The notes under the pieces are model-generated. The model was not told the DNA's origin, did not search any database, and worked only from the letters and a program-made list of their open reading frames with translations. Shown one piece after another: positions 24,283 through 37,689 of a DNA stretch of 64,000 nucleotides. Both the position numbers and the translations under genes were made by a program. This stretch comes from Eledone cirrhosa (Eukaryota): contig OZ024740.1 of the NCBI GenBank assembly GCA_964016885.1, forward strand, positions 83,266,001-83,330,000, given 5' to 3'. The stretch's first letter is position 1; every line of letters starts with the position of its first letter.

Positions 24283-24524
24283 GAGAGAAGAAAAAATGTT
24301 TAGTAGTTGTGGACGTTACAGTCTTTTATTAATAAGGTTGTGATACATTTTTTAATGACAACATTGGGCACATAATTTCCCGGAACCAGTATCATGACCT
24401 CCCTAAGTAGCTTCGTTACTTAAGAAGGTTACCATGACGGCAAGGGAGCGGACACAGATGATGTTTTTTGAAGACCTCATCAGTACCCTTGAATTGAATT
24501 GTATTAAGCTTTAGCGTAAGTATA

Positions 24525-24571
<47 letters not shown>

Positions 24572-24574
<3 letters not shown>

Positions 24575-25062
24575 ATGATAAATTAACGGAGGCATAGGCC
24601 CTCGCTATTCCCTGTAAATAATGTGCTCAAAGGAGAAGAAATCCTTAGCTATTTAAAATACAATATGTTGAAAAGGTAACACACCAGAGAGAGATATCCA
24701 GTGTGCTATCAATAAAACAGCGTAAAAAACCACCAGTGTATGGAATCTATAACCTATGAAAGGCAGACTATAGACACGATAATTAAAAATATAAATTAAA
24801 GCGTAATTAAATCCCTCTATAAATATATAACACAAATACAAATCCAAAGATACTAATCCAAAGATATGTTTCACCAGTAATTTGTTGAAAGAAATGGGTT
24901 TGCATTGGTTCATCAGACAACACTAAGAGAATGTTAAATGTGACTGTCCAGCTACACGTGGGAGAAAGAAGTCACAGCGTGTTTAAGGTGGGTTTTTTCC
25001 CTGTTTTATTGATAGCGCATTGTATATCTCTCTTTGGTGTGTTACCTTTTCAACATATTGTA
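24572..25062 (-). repeat. TA-flanked non-autonomous repeat with an inverted partial duplication; second copy at 28921-29558
   Basis: ~25000-25062 is the reverse complement of ~24658-24720; the second copy repeats the body and carries direct and inverted end fragments; degenerate hammerhead-like motif on the minus strand. Confidence 0.75.
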
Positions 25063-25081
25063 TATATATATATATATATAT

Positions 25082-25725
25082 TAGAAAGTGAGGTTCTTTT
25101 TACAAAATGAAAAATAACCGAGGTGTCCTACACGAGTGAAAGTATAAAGAAAAAGAGATGAAATCGAAAATGCAACTGGAGACTTATTTTTTTTTTTAAA
25201 TATATATATTTATTTGGTTCCTTTACCGATTTCGCAGTTCTTCTGCTTTTCAAAAGGTGAGTTTAGATGGAGCGTCTGTTGTTTTTCTCACATCTGGTTG
25301 GTCTCTGAGTGTTACTTGTTTTATATGGAAAAAGTGGCTCGAAATGCCAGGTTTTTCGAGAAGTAATTTGATTGGTTTGTCAATAATTATAATAAATTTC
25401 GCGCCAGTTCGCGTTACAATAGTTCTTCAAATAAGAGGGGGGTTGTCACAGGTTGTTTTATCATATATGAGTGTTTGAATTTCTTTTTACTTGAAAAAAG
25501 GGGGCTCACGAAGGCTTTTTTTGGTTGGTTATAAATGAAATTATTCCTGTCACGTGAACAAGTTTTCATTAAAATTCCGTGCCCTTATTTGGAAATCCAT
25601 TCTGTAGCCTTTTTAGAGAATTTTATGATAGGTGAAAGATAATGGTCAAGAGAAAGGGATGGGAGAATTGTTCTGGTTCAGTGAATATGGTTAGTTCGCT
25701 GGGGTGTCAGAGTTCAGATTTTCTA
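25082..25725 (-). mobile_element. PLE 3' end / pseudo-LTR carrying a variant hammerhead; same family at ~58940-59715 (-) and ~59791-60082 (+)
   Basis: Long colinear similarity among the three copies; the minus strand near 59610-59640 reads ESRFVAIKKP, resembling the GIY-YIG C-terminus. Confidence 0.72.
25220..25257 (-). ncRNA. Hammerhead variant with a U3-A8 core
   Basis: Minus strand: CCTT-TTGAAAA-GCAG aagaa CTGC-GAAA-TCGGTA-AAGG. Confidence 0.62.
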
Positions 25726-25759
25726 TTGAATTAAAGATATGTATGTTTATTTGTGTGCT

Positions 25760-25794
<35 letters not shown>

Positions 25795-26132
25795 CTATTG
25801 GAAGATGATTCTATTAGTAGAAATGGGGAGGGAGTTGTGTGTGTGTGTGTATGGGTGTTATGTGTGTGTGCGCGAGTATGTTAAGATGGAGAGAATATAT
25901 ATTGTGTGTGTGTGTATATATGTGTGTAGGAAAGTGGTTCTATTAGTAGAAATGGGGGAGGAATTTGTGGGCGTGGGGGTTGTTATGTGTGTGCGTGGGT
26001 GTTATGTGTGTGGGAGTATGGTTAGCATGTTAAGATGGAGAGAATATATATATATATTGTGTGTGTGTGTGTAGGAAAATGATTCCTTTAGTAGGAATAT
26101 TTTTGAATGAACATATTTTCCTTACTTATTCG

Positions 26133-26173
<41 letters not shown>

Positions 26174-26390
26174 ATGTATGTACGTAAAAGGTAAACAGAA
26201 GTAACAACACAATCGGTACAGCATATGGAAGGGACATATAATAGGTTAACGCTTGATATAGCAGGAAGAGTGTCTTAACGTGTCAAAATATCACCCTCCT
26301 CACCAAGCAACCCAGGTGCGGTTGACAGTTTAGTCGCTGACGACTCGACCATGAGACACACACACATGCACACACATATACATTTATATG

Positions 26391-26476
<86 letters not shown>

Positions 26477-27602
26477 CGTTGGCAAATCACTGATGAGGGA
26501 CTCATTTTATAACATGTTATCCATGTGCAACCTGCAGTATTCTTCTCCCCATTTTTTCACATATATATATATATACATATATATATACAGCTAAGCTCCC
26601 ACCGCTTCGACAGCTTTACCCACTCTACTAACCTAAGTATTGAGTATCCTGCTGCGTTATGGTCCACCTGGTATCGTACCACAGCCTTTTGTTATACATA
26701 TATACATATAGTCAAGCTTTCATTTTATTCATCGGCTAGGGGTGTTGGGTCATTAAATATATTCTAAACGGGCTAAATAAACTGCAAGAGAAAATATGTC
26801 GAAAATAGATCTTGTAATTTCAGGACAAATATATCTTCCATATCCATATATATTAATTTACATTAATATTCTGGTTTAAATCCGCAAGCACAAATATATA
26901 CTTAATATAGCAGTAAACAGCCCCAAGTATGTTATTTCTGGCGCTTCATTATATTTTCCCCATGTTAGAAGTAAAATTTATTTTAGAAGATTTTCATCCA
27001 TTTAAGAATTTCTTCAGAAGTTGTTTTAAACGTATCATGGCATTGTAGATATACATCATATACAAATAATTGTGCATACTTATATATTTACACCGACACC
27101 ATGTTAGGGAAGCTTCATGCCTTTAGGTTTGCGAATAATTGATCTGTTGTTGGGATATATGTGAGACAAAAACGAAACATGAAAAAGAAAAGACGGACAT
27201 TTACGGTAGTCTTGCGAGAAAATGCGAGATAAGTACGAACAAAATTGAGATTAGCAATTAATGGACAGCAGACAATGCTTTCACATATGCAACATGAGAT
27301 GAAGTTGAGATGTGAAGCGACAGAATTATGAACAACTGTGAAAGCTTGCAGTGGAACGGTCAGATGAATGTGATATCTGTAGTAAGCAGAAAAAGTAGTG
27401 GATAGAAAATTAGATGGCAATAGGGGAAGGGGGACTCTCGTGAGTATAAAGATATAAATGTTTATACAATGAGATGTTGTGTCGGTGTGGTTACTTAGAA
27501 ATAGAACATTAGCTGAAAATATATACTTAGAGAGAACAAACGATATATAAATCCTTACCTTGCCAGACACATTGTGGCAGTGCGGACCTAATGATTAAGA
27601 CA

Positions 27603-27702
27603 GTACTGCACGTAGATGCCAGTTTGCAAAACAGATGCTTGAATTCCACCAACAGATCGATCATGCAATCCGTTGTGCAAACTGGCATGACAAGTGCAGT
27701 AC
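27603..27702. ncRNA. Unique ~100-nt imperfect stem-loop (pre-miRNA-like / dsRNA)
   Basis: GTACTGCAC/GTGCAGTAC (9 bp) plus ATGCCAGTTTGCA/TGCAAACTGGCAT (13 bp) plus further pairs; ~18-25 nt loop. Confidence 0.45.
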
Positions 27703-27953
27703 CAACTATATGCGCAAAAATGTATGACAGCAAGATGACTTACGGGGTAAAGTTGTTTCTGTCAATTGTTCTGTGTAACGGTGCATTTCTTTATGATGAC
27801 TTATTTTTATATATCCACGCCAACCCGCATCTACTTAATATATAAATATAATAGAGTAACAGCTCATTCACATTCTTCTATATACTTCATTTAATACTTG
27901 TTTGATTAATTGGAATATATTATGTGTATCTTGGGAATATTATTTCTTTTGCA

Positions 27954-28138
27954 GAGCGGTGGATTGGCAGTATCGGTTGTGGGTCGGACGCCATGCTTTC
28001 CAGAATAGTTAGGTCCCTTTACGGTCTGAGTTCAAAACCCGCCGAGGTTCACTTTGCTTTTCATCCTTACGGGGTCGATAAAATAAAGTATCAGTAATGC
28101 ATTGGGTAATTGCTGGCCTTGTGCCTAAAGTAGAAACA
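27954..28138 (+). mobile_element. tRNA-derived SINE with a Meta-type central domain (octopus OK-like)
   Basis: B-box GAGTTCAAAACCC; core CTTTCATCCTTACGGGGTCGATAAAATAAAGTA; 15-bp TSD ATTATTTCTT(T/A)TGCA at 27939-27953 and 28139-28153. Confidence 0.9.
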
Positions 28139-28729
28139 ATTATTTCTTATGCATTTTAATTAGCTTCCTTGCAATAAATCTCATGCTCATACCTAGGGAT
28201 CTATATCGATAGTGTAAGTCATGGTTTGTTTATTAATTTCTGTAATGTACACAAGATTTGCTTGGTGTGAATAATATGATTTTAAACTGCTTTATCGATG
28301 AAATATTCGGATTCTCCGAAAAGTGAGTAAAGCGTGACATTTGTAATATCCACAGTGTTAACTCTCCTAAAGTACTGAATATATACGGAATGGAAATAAA
28401 ATTGGAACACTAATTACTTTTGATAATTGATATAATATTATTTAAATGGTGCAACATCACATACCCACAAGTCCCACATGCACATGTACACAAAAATATA
28501 TTAATCATATGCCACCAGTACTTTGAGAAAACAACACCATACTTCGGGACAGGAAATATCAAAGGACCAAAATAACGGTGTAACACTTTGTTCCACCATT
28601 ATGTTTTTCTGATTTTTCTGTTCAAATCCTAGCTGTTTGATGGGGGTCATAGCTTCTAAATAATGGGTATCACCGAAATTTAATATGAATAAATTAAGTT
28701 AATTTTAAACTGCTGACCTACACGTCTTG

Positions 28730-28783
<54 letters not shown>

Positions 28784-28784
28784 C

Positions 28785-28817
<33 letters not shown>

Positions 28818-28850
28818 GAGAGAGAGAGATATATATATATATAGAGAGAG

Positions 28851-28924
<74 letters not shown>

Positions 28925-29556
28925 ATAAATTAACGGACCCATAAACTCTCGCTATTCCCTGTCAATAATGTGCTCAAAGGAGAAGGAATCCTGAACTATT
29001 TAAATACAATATGTTGAAAAGATAACACACTAGAAAGAGAGATAGTGCCCCATCAATAAAACAGGGAAACACCACCAGTGTAAGGAATCTATAACTTATG
29101 AAAGGCAGGGTAGACACACGATAATTAAAAATATAAATTAAAGTGTAAATACGTACCTCTATAATTATATAACACACATGTAAAAATCCAAAGATATCTG
29201 TTTCGCCAATAAGTTGTTGACTGAAATGAAATAGCACATGGTTCATCGGCGTATGTAGGGCTATAAATTTCAGAAAACTAAGAGAATTTAAAGGGACGTG
29301 GGAGAGAGAAGTCACAGCGTGTTTAGGGCAGTGAACCAGTGGTGTCTGAGGGACGAGCTGCTAGAATGGGCAGCCCAAAACCACTCACGGAAGTGTGCTC
29401 CACCAAAGAAAGAGAGAGGAAAGACTGTTATAAGGAGCGAAATATCACGATAAATAAACGAAGCCATAGACTCTCGCTATTCCCTGTCAATAATGTGCTC
29501 AAACGAGAAGGAATGCGCACTATCTCTCTCTAGTGTGTTACCTTTTCAACATATTG

Positions 29557-29590
<34 letters not shown>

Positions 29591-32500
29591 CGTGTGTGTG
29601 TGTGTATGTGTGCCTGTCGGGCACGCAAGAAGATAAACATGTTTTTGCTTAGAGTATATCACATAAACGGATATTTTAACTGAATATTTCGTTCCATAAC
29701 TTCAATAAATGCATATAGTACATCTTGGATTGCATAAGGGAGCCATGAAAATAATTATAATGAATAAAGACTTCATGAAATCACAGGATCTTTCCTAATG
29801 TTATTCTTATATAATTATATACATATATATATATTTCTTCAAAACTATAGATGTTTTGCCTCAACGATTGAATAGTATATGTAGTATGAAGTCGTATAGA
29901 AAGTTAATTGCATTCCTGCAATTATGTTGTATTTATTTCTGGAACCTCTTAGAATATGTTATATAGATTTCATATAAGACGTACCATGTTAAGAAACAAA
30001 TCACAAAATAAAAGATTCATAATACTACTGTTGATATGTAAACTTGAGAAAATGAGTTGTTTTTACCACATTTGTTTACCTTCTTATTATTTGGAATTTT
30101 GTTTAGCTGTGACAGTATTCGTGTAGAATAGTTTCCTGCAGTAACTTACGAAAATGACTAAGCTCTTATTTCAATTATTTATTGGGAAATGTCATTTATC
30201 ATTTCTGTAAGTTTTTTACCAAAAAATATGCATACTATGTCGACTTAAATGCGCAAAAGATTAACATATTTTGCTTGCTGTACGGTTATCTGCTGACGAT
30301 TATTTAGCAAGATATTTATGGAATACAGTCTTTTCATATAATTACATCTATAGTTTACTAAATGACTTTTAGGTATACATTCTTAATTTTATTATGCTTA
30401 CATGGAAGATAAGATATTTTATATATACTTAATAATCTCGATAATATAATTTAGATTTGCAATATTAATATTACGTTTTATACCGTAGGCGTAAACACCT
30501 TAACATTTTAGTTCCGACCCCTTGCCTTCACAGTTCAAATACTACTGAGATCAAGTTATTCTTCGTATCCGTGTTGCGAGAAGAGTTGACACACATGTTA
30601 CCGTGTTCAACGAGTTGAACTTTAGTGTTTTTTCCAGCCATTTCCGATATCAAAACAAATGATTGCATGGGGGTTAGACAAAACATGACGCATAATGTAT
30701 CAACTGTGGGATCGTACGTTTGGCAATAATGCAGATGAGATTTCTTGTGAGACAATACGTTTTCTCCCTCTCGGATATTCGAAAGAAGTCACTAGTAGTG
30801 TCGCTCCTTGCTTAACTGAAATTTAAAACAGAATTCTCTTCAACCGAGAAGCTCTAATTCGTTTTAGGCGATCTTCGTTTTAGGCGAATCTCTTTCTAGG
30901 CGATCACAAACGAATGCCTCATGTGCGAGACTGTCTACGAATGTTGTTTTCTTGCAATATTTTTACTATGTACTGAAAACGGATTTACTGTAGCCACTTT
31001 AACACATTATAAGCTAATATAGAAAACCTTATGTAATAGACCAGCATGCTCACTGAATCTTCTCACACTACGACTTTATCAGTGATGTATAGATTCGTGC
31101 TCGTGTTCGTATCAGTATCAATCTTAGGTTTTAAATATCCTTTAATCTTCTGAAAGTTTCAAATAAGATAGACCTGTCACCAATATCTGACAAGAGACAC
31201 CATACATTTATGCGATAATTTTGAGGAATTTTGTTAGATTAAAATGTGCTATACGCCTAAGGAACAAATTTCTAGTTTATGTTTTACAGATAATAATATG
31301 CAATGTTTTAATCTAGTTCATAACAGCAATACTCAATATGTGAGTTTTATTGGTGACTTTTCTCTATTACAATGTATCTAATACACCTATGATATTAATG
31401 GAAACTTTCCAAGTCTTTGTAAACTCTTGTTAAATTTATTCGTTTTCTGAAGCTATACTTATATGTATAAAACATGACAAAATATAATCTATTCAGAATC
31501 ATTCTTGCATTTACTTTTCTATCATTTGACTACACCATCATATTCAGATAATTTTCAATTATATATTATGCTACATTCCAGAAATGTAAAGGGGGGAATG
31601 TTAACATACAAGATGTGAAATATCTTGTATGTTTAAAATGTTCTGAAGTTGTTTTAAATAAACTGTGTTAGCGAAGACATCGTCAAAAAAAGGAAAAAGA
31701 ATAATTCACTAAATCCTCTATATTTTGTGGTCGAGTTTGGGGAATATCATTGACACATTTTAAATGACAGTATTTAATTCTCTAATTCATTTGAGATACC
31801 CAAATCTGTTGTTTTTGACAGCTTGTTGATCACATCATCCAAAACATGCCAGTTTCTTTATTCATTTTCGTTGTTCGATAATGGCTAAAAATACACACAA
31901 TAATTGAGTTGGCATTTAGGGAATATTTGCCAACTTAATTCAATCAGTGAAAAAATAATTTGTCGTTCATTTCTTTTATATATTTCCTTTTTCAACTACT
32001 TTTTAAACTGTTATACAGGCTTTTTAATAGTCTATATTCTTGTATCTATCATTTCATGTTTAAATATGGGCATGGACGTTTCTTTAGGCTAATATTTGAC
32101 CAGGCTATTGGAAATATTCTGAGTGCCCGTATCGTCAATGTTAGTCAATGACTGTTAAGTTAAGTATATCAAGACACATAATCATCAGCTGATTTATTTA
32201 AGACACATATGTTCCCATATTCATACGCGCCTCTATATGCGTTTACATTGATATAGATACGATTGAAATGAAATATAACTCAAAGAAAAATATGAGCTTC
32301 GTCACTGCGACTTTCACATTTACAGAGTAGTTATCTGCAGACATTGTATTATTGTTTCCCGACTTGGGTATCGTCTTTTTCATCAATAATTCCATGGGCA
32401 CTGAACAAGAATAACCTGACTGAAACATGGGATGATTTGTCATTAGTACTTGAAAATGCCAATTTACATTATTCATATTCGTTGCACATTTATACCCATT

Positions 32501-34001
32501 CACATTTGATAAAAAATCTACCTTCTTGTCAGAATTTACTGCTGGTAAAATTCTTTTAATATCCGTTTTACAATATGACGGCATTAAACGAAGTATATAT
32601 AATTTATTATACGGGAATATTTTAATCATAAATCAAAGCTGATAGTCGATATTAATATGCATGTAGGGATGCATAATCCCAGTTTCTCAGGGCGGTGAAC
32701 TCACAGAATTATTCCCTGCAATTTTATATGAGTTCTGTCTTCAAATCTCATCGAAAACTTCTGTGCCACGTACCCCTTTGGGTTTGATCATTTACTGTGT
32801 GCAGTTGATTGGCGAAATTATTAAATCACGGAAGATCTTAGGGACAAAGCATGATGAAAATGCTCGGAGTTGCGACTGACAAAATGTAAAATTATTCGAA
32901 ATACCAATGGGCATATAGTTTCTTATTTTAATTAATAACACACTTTTATACCCATGAAAATGAGGTTGTACTCTATGAAAACATAAATAAAACCGTTCTT
33001 TGTTTATTTCTCTAACTACAATCCATTTCGACTGTATGTTCTTCTTTTATTTATAACTTTTGTTTTATTCTTTGCCGTGATACTTTGCTATGTTATGTGT
33101 ATATATATATAGAGAATATTCGTTCATGAACCTGTATGGAAATATGTTAGCAGTGTACTTAACATCGGAAAGGAATTCTGCAGCGAACATCATGACAGGA
33201 AACCTTACGGTTGAATTTGATATGTGGCAATATGTGGTATAGAAAATACAACGAACAATAAACAGCATTTTTCTAAGAGTTAATTAAACCTGCAATACTT
33301 TCTAGCGGAAAGGAAATATATGAATTCTTTGTTGGCATTTTTGTATTTATTTCACAGCAAAACCTTTTCCTGATAAATATTCTGCCATTGGCTTTAGATA
33401 TGAGTTCAAGAATTTCATATTGATTGTTTCGGGATTAGTAAAGAAAATAATCAACGAAAGTGTGTTTCTTGGCTAAAACATTCAATAATTATAGACGAAA
33501 TAACATATGATGATCATAGAAATACATTAACCATTATCAAAAGACAGTGACATGTTAATCACGCATTGTTTTCACCTCATTTTAAGTGAAATTAATAATA
33601 TCGACCAATAGATTCATTGGAGGTCATATGGTTTTTGCCAGATAATCAGTTGAATTATTAATATGATAATCAGTTGAATTCTTAAATATTATTTTCTTAC
33701 GGAAATTCAGATGGCAATGCCCAATTTCTATGATTCTAAATACAAACATGGCTACATTTAAGGAAATTATCATTATTTACATTTAATTTTAAATAGCCAA
33801 TCTATAACGTTGATTTATGCTGATTGACATAAAACACAGATAATTTAGATACATCGTTCAATTATTGTAAAAAGATATTCCAATTTAAAATCATGTAGAT
33901 TTCTTTTTAGTGTCTGTTTTATTATATGAGATTACAAATTAAATATTGAGTCATAACAGGCAATTGTATTTAAAATCATTATACTTCATTGCATTAAATA
34001 T

Positions 34002-34330
34002 ACTAGCAGAAAAACCACGCTTCGGGTGGTTTTCTGCTAGCTTGTGTAGTCTGTTGATAACATACGCAAGTATATATGAATGTAGATATGATACATTAAA
34101 TAAAACCGTAATTGACAATATATACAGGAATTGAACGAAGACTGTATTACACTGTTTTATGTAATCAGTAAAGTAATCCATGATACATTAAAAGAAGACG
34201 ATATTATATATAAACTGCATTAGGAGAAAATTAGTGACAGAGATATATGAATATTTATTTAAATGATCGCTAATCGAAAGTGTTGACATTTGAAAATTTT
34301 AAATAAGTGAATCTTTAAATAAGTAATAAA
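34002..34330. repeat. Dispersed repeat with terminal hairpin CTAGCAGAAAAACCAC..GTGGTTTTCTGCTAG; inverted copy at ~41430-42010
   Basis: ~34050-34330 is the reverse complement of ~41430-41960 (that copy is interrupted by a SINE); the hairpin is bounded by CTAG, which is Helitron-like but unproven. Confidence 0.7.
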
Positions 34331-35211
34331 ATATATTTAATGACAGCCACGAAATTTAGTAGATAAATTATGTAACATTCATTATTTATTCAAAGTAATC
34401 CAACTTATTTTACTAAGAGTATAACAAATTATAAACGGTACGCAGTCCCGCGCTTCTTACTTTATTATAGTTTAGATTTTATTACGCTTAAATCAATACT
34501 TCAGATATATTTCGAATAGAGTTAATCATCATGAGGAAGATGTTACAATCATGTCAATATATTGTCAGTTTCCAAAGAAACATTAGAAACACATGAACTG
34601 ACACAATTAGGAAGATTATAAAATATCTTCTTTCAATTGATAGTAGATTGGGGCCACATTTTGATTTTTTTTTACTTATTTTGGTACGGGAAATAGTTGG
34701 TGGGTTTCAACGTGATCCTCGAATGATACAGAGATGGAAATATTTTGATATACATCCATATGTCTGATTTGCAGATCGATAATGGTGCGAAGGCTATCAC
34801 ATTGTTATTTCATACAAAATATATTCCTTCTGTTGATAACAGGCATACACGTATAATACACAGATCGCGATATGTAGAAACCTCCTTCAGAATCAACCTT
34901 TCCAAGTAAAACGACCGAGAGCTCATATTCGCCCCAACTCCTATAATATACAACAATTAACTTCCATTTCATATATATATATATGTGTGTGTGTATGTGT
35001 GTGTTTGTATGTGTGCGTGCGCTCACACGTGTGTATATACATAACATAATCTGCATTTAAAATTCGTTCCTAGTGCTAGTAAATGCTGTATGTGAGTAGG
35101 TATATATTTGGTGAAAAACCTAAAGCATTGGGGTTTTCTTTACAAATTAAGTATTATAGGGAAAATAGAGTTTGAAAAATGCAATGACTGACCTTTTGGT
35201 TATTTAGAAGG

Positions 35212-35414
<203 letters not shown>

Positions 35415-35604
35415 CATGCACACTATTGGTCCTTTTCTCGTTTAGATTAGCAATCGGAAGGCTATTTCATTGTGAACTATCTTTCGTTGCATATTATTTG
35501 AAAACCTTTTTATTTTCGTACGCTTTTCTCCTGACCTCGTTTCTTCTGACCTTCGTTAAATAATTGATTTGTCTGCCTCTCTGTTTTGTTCCCGTCCAAA
35601 TTTG

Positions 35605-35715
<111 letters not shown>

Positions 35716-35882
35716 AATAAAAGGCAGAGTTAATAATTCATACTGATACCCTGTAATTAACATGCTCAAAGTATAAATACTGATCATTTTAATAATATAT
35801 ATAATAATAAAGACATTAAATCGTGTGTCTAAAATTAAGAGGGTTGGCTTTTGCCTTAGGTGTTTGTTTCATGTAATCTATT

Positions 35883-35967
35883 CTCTCGCTGATGAGGCTC
35901 ACGGATTATCTGTTACAAACACAAATCTCAGGACGAAACAGATTAAATCCATAATCTGTCCCGGAGA
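35883..35967 (+). ncRNA. Hammerhead-like motif with a long stem III
   Basis: CTCTCG-CTGATGA-(39 nt, imperfect stem II)-GAAA; stem III ACAGATTA/TAATCTGT, GUC triplet, then CCGGAGA. Confidence 0.55.
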
Positions 35968-36131
35968 TGTAATAGTTATTGAGGCGGTCTGTATATATTT
36001 TATATTATTTTATGTATATATCTGTTTGCTTCTGATTAAATTTCTCAAACAAATGTGGTATTTCAACCCTCGTAATTTTAGACACATGATTTACTTTGTT
36101 TATTACAACATATACTATTATATATATATAT

Positions 36132-36205
<74 letters not shown>

Positions 36206-36482
36206 ATGTATATATAATGTATTTTGCAATACACTTTATGCTTAATTAAAAGCATTTTGAAGACCGTAAGCTATTGTTTTAAAGTAGTGACAAATTCACT
36301 CACTTTGATCTCAGCAAACAGGGGAGATAAGCCGACAATACATGTTTTGCTTTTGTTGAAGCTTATGAAGGCCAACTATCCCGCCTGTCTACTGAGATCA
36401 ATGATGTTATATTCTTATAGAAATCTAGTAAATAATCAGGAGCTGATTATGCAGAGCGGTTGTTGGTCAGGCAGAAATTAAA

Positions 36483-36766
36483 AATTAGAGCTCTGAAATA
36501 GCAATATATATATGGATGTATATATAATGTATTTTGCAATACACTTTATGCTTAATTAAAAGCATTTTGAAGACCGTAAGCTATTGTTTTAAAGTAGTGA
36601 CAAATTCGGCTTATCTCTCCTCTTTGCTGAGATCAAAGTGAGTGAATTTGTCACTACTTTAAAACAATAGCTTACGGTCTTCAAAATGCTTTTATTTAAG
36701 CATAAAATGTATTGCAAAATACATTATATATACATCCATATATATATTGCTATTTCAGAGCTCCAA

Positions 36767-36768
<2 letters not shown>
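36483..36768. repeat. Fold-back inverted repeat, ~125-bp arms
   Basis: 36483-36607 pairs with 36644-36768 almost perfectly; arm sequence also occurs directly at ~36200-36297; the spacer is the reverse complement of ~36298-36333. Confidence 0.9.
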
Positions 36769-36805
<37 letters not shown>

Positions 36806-37689
36806 TATATTGAGTTAGAAACTAAAAATAGTCTTTTACAATAAAATAGCGCAAAGAAGGGAATCTTTCTGAGCCGTGTAATACGATTGAATATATGAGA
36901 AGGATGAACACCGATACAAGTATACATGTGTTCGAATTGCAAATGACAAAGTTAGCTATGGTGAAAAATACTAATTTAAAACAATATGGTTTGCCTGTCT
37001 CGATTTAAAGTAATAAATCAATAAAAATAAAATTAGTATTAAAATTAGTATTCTTCAAACTAGCTAACTTGGTCATTTGCAATTGGAACACATGTATACT
37101 TGTATCGGTGTTCATCCCTCTCATATATTCAATTGTGTATATATATATATATAAAGGTTTGGAGTTGGAAGGCCAAAACAATGCAGGCATGGATATAGAA
37201 TATAAATGCAAATGCAAAAGATATTGTTGACAATTAGTCTTTTACCTTAAATTTATTTAAATATCCTCAATTTTCGAGATAATATCTCTTCTTCGGAAGG
37301 AAGTAATGGGGTTAATCCAGTGTTCTAATTAGCTTGCCAAGTCATGCTGACAGGAAATGGTATAGAGGTTCCATTCTATCTCTAATGTCAAAGAGTGAAG
37401 ATTAGGTGGATAAAGAGTTGTCTTCCTTTAAAAGGGTTTTGTACATGTATGTTTAAGTGTATGGGAGAATACGTGAAGGCGTAAGTATGTGTGTCTGTGT
37501 GTGTGAGTGTGAGAGGATATGTCTATATGTAAATGTGGTGGCTAGATGTTCTATCATGTTAAAACTGGTCTTTGTGTATGTATGTGTGAGAGAGAATAAG
37601 TAGAGGTGCGAGCGTGTGTGTGAGGGGGGGTGTAAGTGTGGGGCTAGGTGTTCTATCGTGTTACAAATTGAAATAGCCGACTGCCCACT

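Noticed and set aside
32243-32629. 128-aa ORF as a possible host exon
   Set aside because: No recognisable domain or clear pair of splice sites
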